From: Myxococcota bacterium
Lineage (GTDB): Bacteria; Myxococcota_A; UBA9160; UBA4427
Length of the DNA stretch: 64,000 nt
Direction of reading: 5' to 3'
NCBI GenBank assembly: GCA_036336835.1
Contig: JAYZFK010000094.1
Location: forward strand, 1 to 64,000
Shown here: in pieces, positions 45,288-54,452 of the stretch
Layout of the letters: each line of letters begins with the position of its first letter
How positions within the stretch are numbered: position 1 is the first letter of the stretch
Notes under the pieces: generated by a model
What the model saw: the letters and a program-made list of their open reading frames with translations, nothing else
Database searches by the model: none
Told to the model about the DNA's origin: nothing
Program-made: the position numbers and the translations under genes

Positions 45288-47645
45288 TACTCGACGCGGC
45301 GCGGTACCATCCGGTCGGCCCCACGGCGCCAACGGCCAGAGGAGCAGAGGCGTTTGGAGACTCGGAGCGGCCTTCCGGGCTGGGCACCTGCACTCGCCGC
45401 GGCCCTGGGCCTGAGCGGCCTGATCGCCTGGCGCTACGGCCCAATCCTGCTCGGCCTGGAGTCGAGCTTTGCCGACTTCGACGCGCTCCACGCCGGGCGA
45501 CAGCTGACCGAGGCAGCGGACTCGCGGCTCAATGCGTGGATCCTCGACTGGGTGCAGCGCAGCATCCTGTCGGCGCCGCTCGGGATCCTCGACACGAACG
45601 CCTTCTACCCGGCCGGCGGCACGTTGACCGGTTCCGAGCACCTGCTCGGGGTCGCGGTCCAGACGCTGCCATTTCGGCCGCTGCTGTCGGGTGCCGTCGG
45701 GCTGCATCAGCTCGCGCTCGTGCTGTCGGCCGTCGGGCTGGCAGCCACCAGCTTCCTGGCGGTTCGCGGCTGGACAGGCTCGAGCACAGCCGGCTTCGCC
45801 GCGGGGGCGGCAGCGGTGATGATGCCCTGGCGTCTGACGGAGATCTCGCACCTGCAGCTGGCCAGCGTGCAGTGGTTCCCGTTGATCTGGTGGCTGCTGG
45901 TGCGCGCCGTGTATCGCTCTCCCGGCCGAGGAGAGCAGGCGGTCCTGGTCATCGCGGTCGCGCTCCAGCTGCTGTCGTCCTTCTACCTGGCCTACTTCCT
46001 CTCCTTCAGCTGCGGGCTGCTGCTAGCTCTGATCGGCTTCGGCGACGCTACGCGGCGCGCGCGACTGCCTCGGATCGCCGCCTGCCTCGCTCCGGGCTAT
46101 GCCCTGCTCGGGCTGACTGCCCTGCCCTACCTCGCTCGCCAGGCGTCCGACCTCCGACCGGGCTTCGACCCCGCCCTCTCGTTCGGGCTCGAGCGCACCT
46201 TTGGGCTCGCCCTGCCTCGCCTGCCGGGCTGGCTCGCCGGGACCTCGACACCACCCCTGGCGCCCGCTGCGGCCTTCGACCTGCCGGCCGGCGTACTCGT
46301 CCTGGCGCTCGTTGCGGGGGTGGCCGCGTGGACCCGACGCCCCGCGTCCCGGCGATCCGCCTGGACGCCGGAGCTGCGCGGCGCGGTCGTCGGACTGTGG
46401 GCCGTGTCACTGCTGGGGTTCGTCTTCGCTCTAGGTGGCAGCATCGAGTTCTTCGGACGGCGAGTACCTCTTCCCTCCCGATTGTTCGCAGCCGTGCTTC
46501 CGGGGTTCGAGATGCTGCGCGGTCCCGTGCGCTGGTGGATCGTCACCAGCGTGGCAATGCCGCTGCTGGCCGGCATCGGCGTGGCCGCGCTCGAACGGCC
46601 CCGACACGGCCTGGCACGCATCGCGACTCTCGCGCTGGTCCTCGGTGGGCTCGCCGCGAGTCTCCAGTGGTTCTCCGTCCCCGCCCGGGCCGCCTGGGAC
46701 GATCCCGACGCCACACAACGGCGTTATGCCGCGCTCTCCGCGCTTCCTCCCGGACCGGTGGTCGAGGTGCCATTCGCTGGACCGCTGCAATCCATCGAGC
46801 TCGGATCGCGCGCACTGCTCGCGAGCACGTTGCACTGGCGCCCACTGGTGAATGGCTACACGGGCTATCCTCCGCCGAGCCATCCGCTGCTCCAGCGCCT
46901 CGGAGCTCGCCTGCCAGAGCGCGAGGTGATCCTGCAGCTCGGCCGCCTCACCGGGGTGCGCTACTTCGTCGTCGATCAGCGCGATCTCGCGCCGCGCGAG
47001 ATCGCGCTCTGGCACCGACACGACGCGGAGGGCCTGCTCACCACCCGCTTCGCCGACTCCACTCATCGCATCTACGAGCTGCGCGCGTCCGCCGCGAGCG
47101 GCAGCGCGATCGACGGGCTGCTCGCCGCGAAGCCGGGCCCGACGACGGCCGAGGGGGTGCCCCGAACCCCTCTCGCGCTCGCTGGCGACAGCGCCGAGCT
47201 CGTCGCGCGGATTCCCCCGAGACAGGCCGCAGGCACCGAGAATCCGCTGTCACTGCGCGTCGCGAACCACAGCTCGGTCGCCTGGGCGGGACTGGACGTG
47301 CACCACGAGGGGCTCGTACTGCTCCGCTACACCTGGCGCGAGGCAGACAGCGATCTCGCACTCGAGACGGGCGTGCTGAACCTCGATCGCGACCTCGCCC
47401 CAGGGCATACATTCTCTGGGCAGCTGTGGCTGCGGGCGCCGATGCGCGAGGGACCGCACGACCTGTGCCTGGATCTCGTGCAGCAACAGGACGGGCAGCT
47501 GATCGCGCTGGGGGCCCCGGCTGTCCAGCAACGCGTCGAGATCGCTCGGCGCCCGGGCATGCACGAGCTCCACGGGCTCCGCGACGAGTATGCGCTCCGT
47601 GCTGCCCAGCCAGCGCCCTGCCGCCCGTCGCAGTCGGGCGCTTGA
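45270..47645 (+). CDS. Large polytopic membrane protein (YfhO/GT-C-like) with C-terminal extracytoplasmic Ig-like region
   Basis: DSRLNAWIL, NAFYPAGGTLTGSEHLLG, STLHWRPLVNGYTGY, GVRYFVV. The real start may be downstream (e.g. TTG ~45354). Confidence 0.65.
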   Translation: MFSLSFYSTRRGTIRSAPRRQRPEEQRRLETRSGLPGWAPALAAALGLSGLIAWRYGPILLGLESSFADFDALHAGRQLTEAADSRLNAWILDWVQRSILSAPLGILDTNAFYPAGGTLTGSEHLLGVAVQTLPFRPLLSGAVGLHQLALVLSAVGLAATSFLAVRGWTGSSTAGFAAGAAAVMMPWRLTEISHLQLASVQWFPLIWWLLVRAVYRSPGRGEQAVLVIAVALQLLSSFYLAYFLSFSCGLLLALIGFGDATRRARLPRIAACLAPGYALLGLTALPYLARQASDLRPGFDPALSFGLERTFGLALPRLPGWLAGTSTPPLAPAAAFDLPAGVLVLALVAGVAAWTRRPASRRSAWTPELRGAVVGLWAVSLLGFVFALGGSIEFFGRRVPLPSRLFAAVLPGFEMLRGPVRWWIVTSVAMPLLAGIGVAALERPRHGLARIATLALVLGGLAASLQWFSVPARAAWDDPDATQRRYAALSALPPGPVVEVPFAGPLQSIELGSRALLASTLHWRPLVNGYTGYPPPSHPLLQRLGARLPEREVILQLGRLTGVRYFVVDQRDLAPREIALWHRHDAEGLLTTRFADSTHRIYELRASAASGSAIDGLLAAKPGPTTAEGVPRTPLALAGDSAELVARIPPRQAAGTENPLSLRVANHSSVAWAGLDVHHEGLVLLRYTWREADSDLALETGVLNLDRDLAPGHTFSGQLWLRAPMREGPHDLCLDLVQQQDGQLIALGAPAVQQRVEIARRPGMHELHGLRDEYALRAAQPAPCRPSQSGA

Positions 47646-47677
47646 CCTGCCGCTGGGCCCGCGGGTAGAAAGACCGC

Positions 47678-48925
47678 ATGCCACCGACCACGAGCACCAC
47701 CACGAGCGATTACGATCCGTTCGAAGAGTTCAGCCGAGCCCAGGGCGCGGGTGAAATCGACGATCCCTACCCCGACTTCGCGCGCTACCGCGCGGCCAGC
47801 CCGCTGGTCGAGATCGACCCCGCGACGGGCGAGATCGTGGAGCCCGGTTCGCCGCGGGACACCCCGACCGGCTTCGCGGCCGTGTCCTATGACGCGGTGC
47901 AGGAGGTGCTGCGCGACGGCGAGCGTTTCTCATCGGCGATGTACCGCGCGACCATGGGCCCCGTGATGGGACACTCGATCCTCGAGATGGACGAGCCCGA
48001 ACACGCACGCCATCGCGCTCTGATCCAGCAGGCCTTCACCAAACGCGCGCTCGAGCGCTGGGAGCACGATCTCGTGCGGCCGACGATCGACGCCCTGATC
48101 GATCGCATCGCCGAGCGCGGGCGAGCCGACCTGGTGCGCGAGCTCACGTTTCCCTTTCCGGTCATGGTGATTGCCGAGATGATCGGCCTCCCCGAGTCGC
48201 GCCTGGCCGATTTCCATCGCTGGGCGGTCGAGCTGATCAGCATCCAGATCGATCCCGAGCGCGGCATGGCCGGCTCACAGAATCTGCGCGCGCTGTTCGC
48301 CGAGGTACTCGCCGAACGGCGCGCCGAGCCGCGCCAAGACCTGATGAGTGTGCTGGCTGGGGCCGAGCTCGACGGACAGCAGCTCGATGACGAGTCGATC
48401 TTTGCCTTCCTACGCCTGCTCGCACCCGCCGGCGCCGAGACCACCTACCGCTCGTCGAGCAACCTGCTGGTCGGGCTGCTTGGCGACCCCGACTCGTGGG
48501 ATGCGGTGTCGAATGATCGATCGCTAGTCGCGAACGCAATCGAAGAGGGCCTCCGCTGGGAGTGCCCGCTCACCGGAATCATCCGCACTGCGACGCGCGA
48601 CACGGAGGTCTGCGGCGTACCGGTCGCCGACCAGACCGCGATCCTCGTGAACCTCGGCTCGGCCAACCACGACGAGGCGAAGTTCGCCAGCCCCCGGCGG
48701 TTCGACGTGCGACGGCCCAACGCGCGTCAGCATCTCGCCTTTGCCTTCGGCCCGCACCGCTGCCTCGGCCAGCATCTGGCGATCATGGAAACGAGGGTTC
48801 TGCTCGAACAGCTGTTCACCCGGCTGCCGAACCTGCGACTCGACCCCGAGGCGCCGGCGCCCGCGATCACGGGCCTGATGTTCCGCTCGCCACCGAAGCT
48901 CGAGGTCGTCTTCGACCCGCGCTAA
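47678..48925 (+). CDS. Cytochrome P450
   Basis: PAGAETT, EEGLR, HLAFAFGPHRCLG. Confidence 0.93.
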   Translation: MPPTTSTTTSDYDPFEEFSRAQGAGEIDDPYPDFARYRAASPLVEIDPATGEIVEPGSPRDTPTGFAAVSYDAVQEVLRDGERFSSAMYRATMGPVMGHSILEMDEPEHARHRALIQQAFTKRALERWEHDLVRPTIDALIDRIAERGRADLVRELTFPFPVMVIAEMIGLPESRLADFHRWAVELISIQIDPERGMAGSQNLRALFAEVLAERRAEPRQDLMSVLAGAELDGQQLDDESIFAFLRLLAPAGAETTYRSSSNLLVGLLGDPDSWDAVSNDRSLVANAIEEGLRWECPLTGIIRTATRDTEVCGVPVADQTAILVNLGSANHDEAKFASPRRFDVRRPNARQHLAFAFGPHRCLGQHLAIMETRVLLEQLFTRLPNLRLDPEAPAPAITGLMFRSPPKLEVVFDPR

Positions 48926-48934
48926 CCCGCTCGA

Positions 48935-49675
48935 TCAGCCCTTGAGATCGTCGTCGATCATGCGCTTGAAGTTGGCGAACGGCTGCGCCCCCGACAGGAA
49001 TCGCCCATTGATGAAGAACGCCGGGGTGCCAGTCACACCGAGCTTCTGGGCCTCGGACAGATCCGCGTCCACGCGATCCTTCACGGCCCGCGAAGCCAGA
49101 TCCTGCTTGAAACGTTCGACGTCGAGGCCGATCTCCTTCGCCCATGCTTCGTACTGCGCATCGGACAGCAGGCGTTGCCCTGCGAAGATCTTGTCGTGCA
49201 TGGCCCAGAACTGCCCCTGGAGCTTGGCGGCCTCGGCGGCAGCATGAGCGGCCGGCGCCTTCGAATGGATCGCGAGCGGCATGTGCTTGAACACGATGCG
49301 CACGTCGTCGCCGTACTCCTGGCGCAAGCGCAGCAGTGTGGGATAGACGCGCGAGCAGTACGGGCACTGAAAATCCGAGAACTCGACTACGGTGACCTTC
49401 GCTGTCTCCGGTCCGAGCGCCGGCGCACCAGCGGTCGCCAGTGAGTAGACCTTGGCCGGATCCGGCCCGCGGCGCCGAGGCTCCGCAGCACGCGCCGGGG
49501 CGGCCTTGGCGAGCGTTTCTCCGAGATCGCTGACGGCTTCGCTAAGCGCGCCCTCGACCTCGGACAGCGTCGCGTTCGCGTCGTTTACGGCACTGGACAC
49601 CATCCAGGCGGCTGCAACGATCGAGCCGCCCAGGATCAGTGCCGCGGCAATCACGGTCGCTCCGAGTCGATCCAC
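48935..49675 (-). CDS. Membrane-anchored DsbA/thioredoxin family protein
   Basis: N-terminal TM; EFSDFQCPYC, FKHMPL, GVTGTPAFFING. Confidence 0.9.
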   Translation of the reverse strand: MDRLGATVIAAALILGGSIVAAAWMVSSAVNDANATLSEVEGALSEAVSDLGETLAKAAPARAAEPRRRGPDPAKVYSLATAGAPALGPETAKVTVVEFSDFQCPYCSRVYPTLLRLRQEYGDDVRIVFKHMPLAIHSKAPAAHAAAEAAKLQGQFWAMHDKIFAGQRLLSDAQYEAWAKEIGLDVERFKQDLASRAVKDRVDADLSEAQKLGVTGTPAFFINGRFLSGAQPFANFKRMIDDDLKG

Positions 49676-50332
49676 CGGTCTTCCTCCAACCCGCGAGGGC
49701 GGGCCTGCTGGCGGCAATCTAGCAGCCCCTGAGCGGCCCAGGATCGAGCCGCTCCCCCTCACTCGCCGCTGCGAGGAGTCTCGAGAAGCGATTTCCGCGA
49801 GTTGAGCCCAACACGTAGTAGCTCCATGGGGCTGTTTCGTAACGCAGGGTACGTGGCCCTTGCGGCGGCTCGGCCCGCGGACTGCTCGAGTGGAACGCCC
49901 GCGGACGATCCCGCTTCGCCACGCTGCCCTGCGAGTCTGCGCACTCGCTGCGCGGCCGCTGCGCGGTTGCGTCTTCCGGGCGAGATCGACACGCGGATCG
50001 CCCTCCGCGCACACTGGAGCGACGTCACCCCGCAAGGCGAGCACGGCACTCACAACCATGGCCAGTCTCAGAGCAAGCCAGCTTGACCCGAGGCGGGCGA
50101 GTGCGACGCTCGAGCGTCCGGATCCTCCCCGGGACGCCGTTCACCTGATGCGCCGCCGGCTGCTCGACCCCGGCCTCGACGCGCATGGCGTGCTCGCGCT
50201 GACGGACGCGATCCTCGCGCTCCAGCGTTCCGCCCACTTCGCCTGACCCCTGGCCGCCGAAACGGTCTCGTCCGGGCTCAGCCCGGTTCGGCCGCGCGCC
50301 GGACCCCCGGGTGGCCTACGCCTTCCAGCCAG

Positions 50333-51730
50333 TCAGTCGGCCGCTGCACCCCGGTGCTCGCGCAGCGCTCGCTCGAGGATGCGCGCCGGATCGGTCCAGC
50401 CGGTCTCGTCCTCGATCGCCTCGCAGCGGGCGAGCACGGCGCCGACGGCCGGGCCTGGCTCGAGCCCTGCGGCGATCACATCGCGTCCTCGCACCCGCAC
50501 GGCAGGCGGCCCGCCAAGCGTCTCGAGACTCTGCATGCGCGCGACGAACTCGTCACCGGCAGCAAAGCGGCGCGCCCGCGCGTCCTGGGTCGCTCGCCCG
50601 AAATGGTCCGCGCGGGCGACGCGCTGCAGCAGGTCGGCATCGACACCAGCGCGCGCCAGACGGCGAGCCAGCCGCCGGAAGCCCCGATCGCTCGATTCCT
50701 GGGCGATCAACAGTGCCGGCGCCAGGTGATGGCGAACCAGTGCCTCGACGGCCGCCACCGTCGCTCCCGGTGCGCGCAGCCGCTCGAGCAGCGCTGCGGC
50801 GAGGCCAGCGCCCAGGGCGCCGTGACCGTGCGAGCGCACCGCACCGGCCTCGCGGCGCGTCGTCCGAGGCTTGCCGAGATCGTGCAGCAGCGCGGACCAC
50901 ATCAGCCAGCCGTCGCGCTCGGCGTGCCCGCTGCGCAGTGCGGCCGCCTCGTCCACCACCATCAGCGTGTGCGTCCAGACACAGCCCTCGGGATGCCAAT
51001 GCGGATCCTGAGGCACCCCTTCGAGCGCTGCCAGCTCCGGCAGCGGAGCGAGCCCCCGAGTCATGTGCAGCACGCGCAGCCCGAGCGAAGGTCTCGACGC
51101 GCACAGTAGCCGGTCGAGCTCCCGGAAGATGCGCTCGACCGCGAGCTGCGAAAGATCCTGCGCCCGGCAGCACGCGAGCAGCTCGCGATCGGGCTCGGCC
51201 TCCAGCCAGGCAGCCAACCGCGCGACGCGCAGCACGCGCAGCGGGTCCTCACCGAAGCGACTCGGATCCACCGCGCGCAGGCGGCGCGACGCCAGATCCT
51301 CAAAGCCACCGCGCGCATCGAAGCATTCACCCGTCAGCGGATCGAGCGCCATCGCATTGAGCGTCAGATCGCGTCGGCCCGCTCGCTCAGCGGCGCGCCG
51401 GGTGAAACCGGCGTTCGGATCCGGCTCGCCGGACCGCTCGACCAGCGAGATCTCGAAGGGCTCGAAGCCCGCGCCGCGCGCGAGCAGCACTGGAAAGTGG
51501 CGTCCCGCGACCTCGATCGTCTCGAGTCCCGCCTCGCGCAACACGCTGAAGGCCGTCGCCGGATCGAGATCGTAGAGCTCGACGTCGAGATCGCGCGCTG
51601 CGAGTCCGAGGCAACCGTCGCGCACCCAGCCACCGACGAGCAACAGCCGCCCGCCCGCTTCGCCGAGCCGCTCGGCCAGCGCCCGCACCGGCGGGGGCAC
51701 GCCCAGAGACTCGGGGCGTACGAGTGTCAC
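50333..51730 (-). CDS. cca: tRNA nucleotidyltransferase (class II) with HD domain
   Basis: VGGWVRD..L....DLDVE, RRDLTLNAM, EDPLRVLR, ERIFREL, HPEG..WTHT, LLHDLGK. Confidence 0.85.
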   Translation of the reverse strand: MTLVRPESLGVPPPVRALAERLGEAGGRLLLVGGWVRDGCLGLAARDLDVELYDLDPATAFSVLREAGLETIEVAGRHFPVLLARGAGFEPFEISLVERSGEPDPNAGFTRRAAERAGRRDLTLNAMALDPLTGECFDARGGFEDLASRRLRAVDPSRFGEDPLRVLRVARLAAWLEAEPDRELLACCRAQDLSQLAVERIFRELDRLLCASRPSLGLRVLHMTRGLAPLPELAALEGVPQDPHWHPEGCVWTHTLMVVDEAAALRSGHAERDGWLMWSALLHDLGKPRTTRREAGAVRSHGHGALGAGLAAALLERLRAPGATVAAVEALVRHHLAPALLIAQESSDRGFRRLARRLARAGVDADLLQRVARADHFGRATQDARARRFAAGDEFVARMQSLETLGGPPAVRVRGRDVIAAGLEPGPAVGAVLARCEAIEDETGWTDPARILERALREHRGAAAD

Positions 51731-51963
51731 AGCTCCTCGTCTTCGTCGACATCTTCGAGGCGCAGCGGGTGCGGGGCATGGTCGTGGCCACTTTCCCAGC
51801 CAGGCAGCTGAGCGGCCTGCGCCATGACCGACTGCGCAATCGGCTCGTCGAGCAGCACGTCATTGTTGTCGAAACCTTCCGCCAGGCTCTCCCACAGATC
51901 GCGACCGCCGTTCTCCCACCACTCCTCGGCTGAACACTCGAAGTCGATCGAGAGCCGGATCAT
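51727..51963 (-). CDS. Small acidic hypothetical protein (78 aa)
   Basis: MIRLSIDFECSAEEWWENGG...DVDEDEEL; overlaps the atl stop and the cca start; GGAGG upstream. Confidence 0.75.
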   Translation of the reverse strand: MIRLSIDFECSAEEWWENGGRDLWESLAEGFDNNDVLLDEPIAQSVMAQAAQLPGWESGHDHAPHPLRLEDVDEDEEL

Positions 51964-52331
51964 CACTTCCCTCCGCGTCCAGCGGGCGGCGCAGTGGTCC
52001 GCGGCCGCCATTGCGACCGGGTCAGATCGATACGACCGCGCGGGTCGAACTCGACACCCTCTGCCTCTAGCAGTGCCCGCTGGACTCGTTCCATCCCCGC
52101 GAACGAGCGAGCGCTGACTTCGCCGCGGTGGTTGACGACGCGCTGCCAGGGTACCCCCGAGCCCTCCGACAGCGCGTGGAGCGCGTAGCCCACCTGGCGC
52201 GCGTTGCTCGGCAGTTCCGCCAGCCGGGCAATCTGCCCGTAGGTCGCGACGCGCCCGCGCGGGATCCGACGCACGATGCGGTAGATCCGAGAGTAGCTGC
52301 CGGCGCGGGCGTCGTTCGGTCCGCGAGACAT
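51963..52331 (-). CDS. atl: Alkyltransferase-like protein (ATL/YbaZ; MGMT DNA-binding family)
   Basis: IPRGRVATYGQIA, ARQVGYAL, PWQRVVN (Trp in place of the catalytic Cys), LLEAEGV. Confidence 0.88.
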   Translation of the reverse strand: MSRGPNDARAGSYSRIYRIVRRIPRGRVATYGQIARLAELPSNARQVGYALHALSEGSGVPWQRVVNHRGEVSARSFAGMERVQRALLEAEGVEFDPRGRIDLTRSQWRPRTTAPPAGRGGK

Positions 52332-54451
52332 CACTGCGCGGCCCGCAGCCCCGCGTGCCGCAGCAGCGCATCGGTGCTCGGCTCCCGTCCTCGGAAGGCG
52401 ACGAATACCTCCATCGGGTCGAAGCTGCCGCCGAGGGCGAGCACGGTATCGCGGTAGCGCTGGCCAACCTCGCGCACCCTGGCCTCGTCGTCGAGCCCGG
52501 CCTGCTCGAACGCCTCGAAGGCATCCGCCGACAGCACCTCGGCCCACTTGTAGCTGTAGTAGCCCGCTGCATACCCACCCGCGAAGATGTGCCCGAAGCT
52601 ACACAGCAATCGATCCTCCTCGAGCGGCGGCAGTACCGTGGTGCGCTCGGCGATACGCCGCTGCACCGCGTCGGGCGAGGCCCCGCTCGCGCTGCCGTCG
52701 TGCAGAGCCAGATCGGTGAGGCCGTAGAGCAGCTGCCCGAGCATGTCGCTGCCTGCGCGGTAGATCCGCGCGCGGTCGAGCTTCTCGGCCAGCTCGTCCG
52801 GCAATGGCTCGCCGCTCTCGACGTGCGCCGAGATGCTGCGAAGCGTGTCACGCTGATAGCACCAGTTCTCCATGAACTGGCTGGGCAGTTCGACTGCATC
52901 CCACTCGATGTTGCGAATCCCGGAGGCGAGCCCGTAGTCGACCGAAGTCAGCATGTGCTGCAGGCCGTGCCCGAACTCGTGGAACAGCGTCAGCACCTCG
53001 CTGAAGCTCATCAGCGAGGGCGTGTCGCCCACCGGCCGCGTCTGGTTGCACACCAGGTGTGCCACCGGCAGGCGCACGTCGGCTCCACTCGGCGCGAGCG
53101 CGCGACTGCGGCCGACACACTCGTCCATCCAGGCCCCACCGCGTTTCTCCTCGGGCCGGGTGTACGGATCGAGATAGAAAGCCGCGAGCGGCGCCCCTTG
53201 CTCGTCGCACACGCGAAAGAAGCGAACGTCCGGGTGCCAGACCGGCGCCTCGCCATCGGCCGGCGCGATTCGGACACCAAACAACCGCCCAGCCAGCCCG
53301 AACAGCCCATCGAGTACCCTCGGGAAGGGGAAGTAGGGCCGCAGCTCCTCCTCGCTGTACGCGTAGCGGTGCTCGCGCAGACGCTCGGCCCAGTAGGGCA
53401 CGTCCCAGTGCGTCACATCCTCGGCCCCGGGAGCGCCCTGTTCGCGAGCGAAGGCGCGCAGATCCTCGAGGTCGCGCTGCCCGGCGGCGCGGGACGCTTC
53501 GCGCAGCTGCTCCAGCAGGCCGACTGCGCGCCCGACGTCGCGAGCCATCTTGACCTCCAGCGAGAGCTCGGCGTAGTGCTCGAAACCGAGCAGCTGCGCC
53601 TGCTCTGCCCGCAGCGCGAGAATGCGCTCGATCAGAGGTCCGTTGTCGTGCTCGCCCGAGCTCGCCCGCGTCTGATAGGCGCGATAGAGCCGCTCGCGCA
53701 GCTCCCGGCGCGGGCTGTGCTCCAAGAAGGGTCGATAGCTCGGGGAGTCGAGCGTCACGCGCCAGGGACCGTCCTCCGCGGTCGCCGCCGGCTCACCGTG
53801 GTCCCGAGCGGCCTGCGCCGCACCCGCCCGCCAGGACTCGGGCAGGCCTGCCACATCGGCCGGATCGGAGAGCTCCAGCGCGAACTCCTTGGTCGAGTCG
53901 AGCACGTGGTTGCTGAACTGGGTCGAGAGCTCGGCGAGCTCTTGCGCGACCTCGCTGAACCGCTCTCGCTGCGCCCCCTCGAGCCCGACCCCCGCGTGCC
54001 TGGCGTCGCGCAGCAAGCTGGTGAGAATGCGCTGCTGGGCCGGCTCGAGCCCCCCCCACGCGTCGGAGTCGCGCAGGGCCCGCAGTCCGTCGTAGATCGT
54101 CCGACTCTGGGCCAGCTTCAGTCCGAACACGACGACGTCCGGCTGCACCGCCTCGAACGCAGCGCGCAGCGCGTCACTGTTCTTCACGCCCATCAGATGG
54201 CCAACCACTCCCCATACCGAGGTGAGCGCGTCGCCGATGCGCTCGAGCGGATCGACCAGGTTCTCCCAGCCGGCTGCGACGCCAGACGCGAGCGCCTGCT
54301 CCAGGGCCTCGAGCGCAACGCCCTGATCCTCGAGCACGCGGCGCATCGCCGGCTCCACGTGCTCCGGCTCGATCTCGTCGAAATGGGGCAGCTCGCCTTT
54401 GCGCAAGAGCGGATTGCGGTCCTGGGTCACGACTCTCCCGATCTCGGGCAA
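52331..54451 (-). CDS. prlC: Oligopeptidase A (M3A metallopeptidase)
   Basis: NPLL, KRGGAWMD, LFHEFGHGLQHML, WDAVELPSQFMENW, FGHIFAGGYAAGYYSYKWAEVL, FRGREP. Confidence 0.93.
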   Translation of the reverse strand: MPEIGRVVTQDRNPLLRKGELPHFDEIEPEHVEPAMRRVLEDQGVALEALEQALASGVAAGWENLVDPLERIGDALTSVWGVVGHLMGVKNSDALRAAFEAVQPDVVVFGLKLAQSRTIYDGLRALRDSDAWGGLEPAQQRILTSLLRDARHAGVGLEGAQRERFSEVAQELAELSTQFSNHVLDSTKEFALELSDPADVAGLPESWRAGAAQAARDHGEPAATAEDGPWRVTLDSPSYRPFLEHSPRRELRERLYRAYQTRASSGEHDNGPLIERILALRAEQAQLLGFEHYAELSLEVKMARDVGRAVGLLEQLREASRAAGQRDLEDLRAFAREQGAPGAEDVTHWDVPYWAERLREHRYAYSEEELRPYFPFPRVLDGLFGLAGRLFGVRIAPADGEAPVWHPDVRFFRVCDEQGAPLAAFYLDPYTRPEEKRGGAWMDECVGRSRALAPSGADVRLPVAHLVCNQTRPVGDTPSLMSFSEVLTLFHEFGHGLQHMLTSVDYGLASGIRNIEWDAVELPSQFMENWCYQRDTLRSISAHVESGEPLPDELAEKLDRARIYRAGSDMLGQLLYGLTDLALHDGSASGASPDAVQRRIAERTTVLPPLEEDRLLCSFGHIFAGGYAAGYYSYKWAEVLSADAFEAFEQAGLDDEARVREVGQRYRDTVLALGGSFDPMEVFVAFRGREPSTDALLRHAGLRAAQ

Positions 54452-54452
54452 C

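Noticed and set aside
51963..52331. Call as active O6-methylguanine methyltransferase (ogt/ada)
   Set aside because: The active-site motif is PWQRV, not PCHRV, so it is a non-catalytic ATL.
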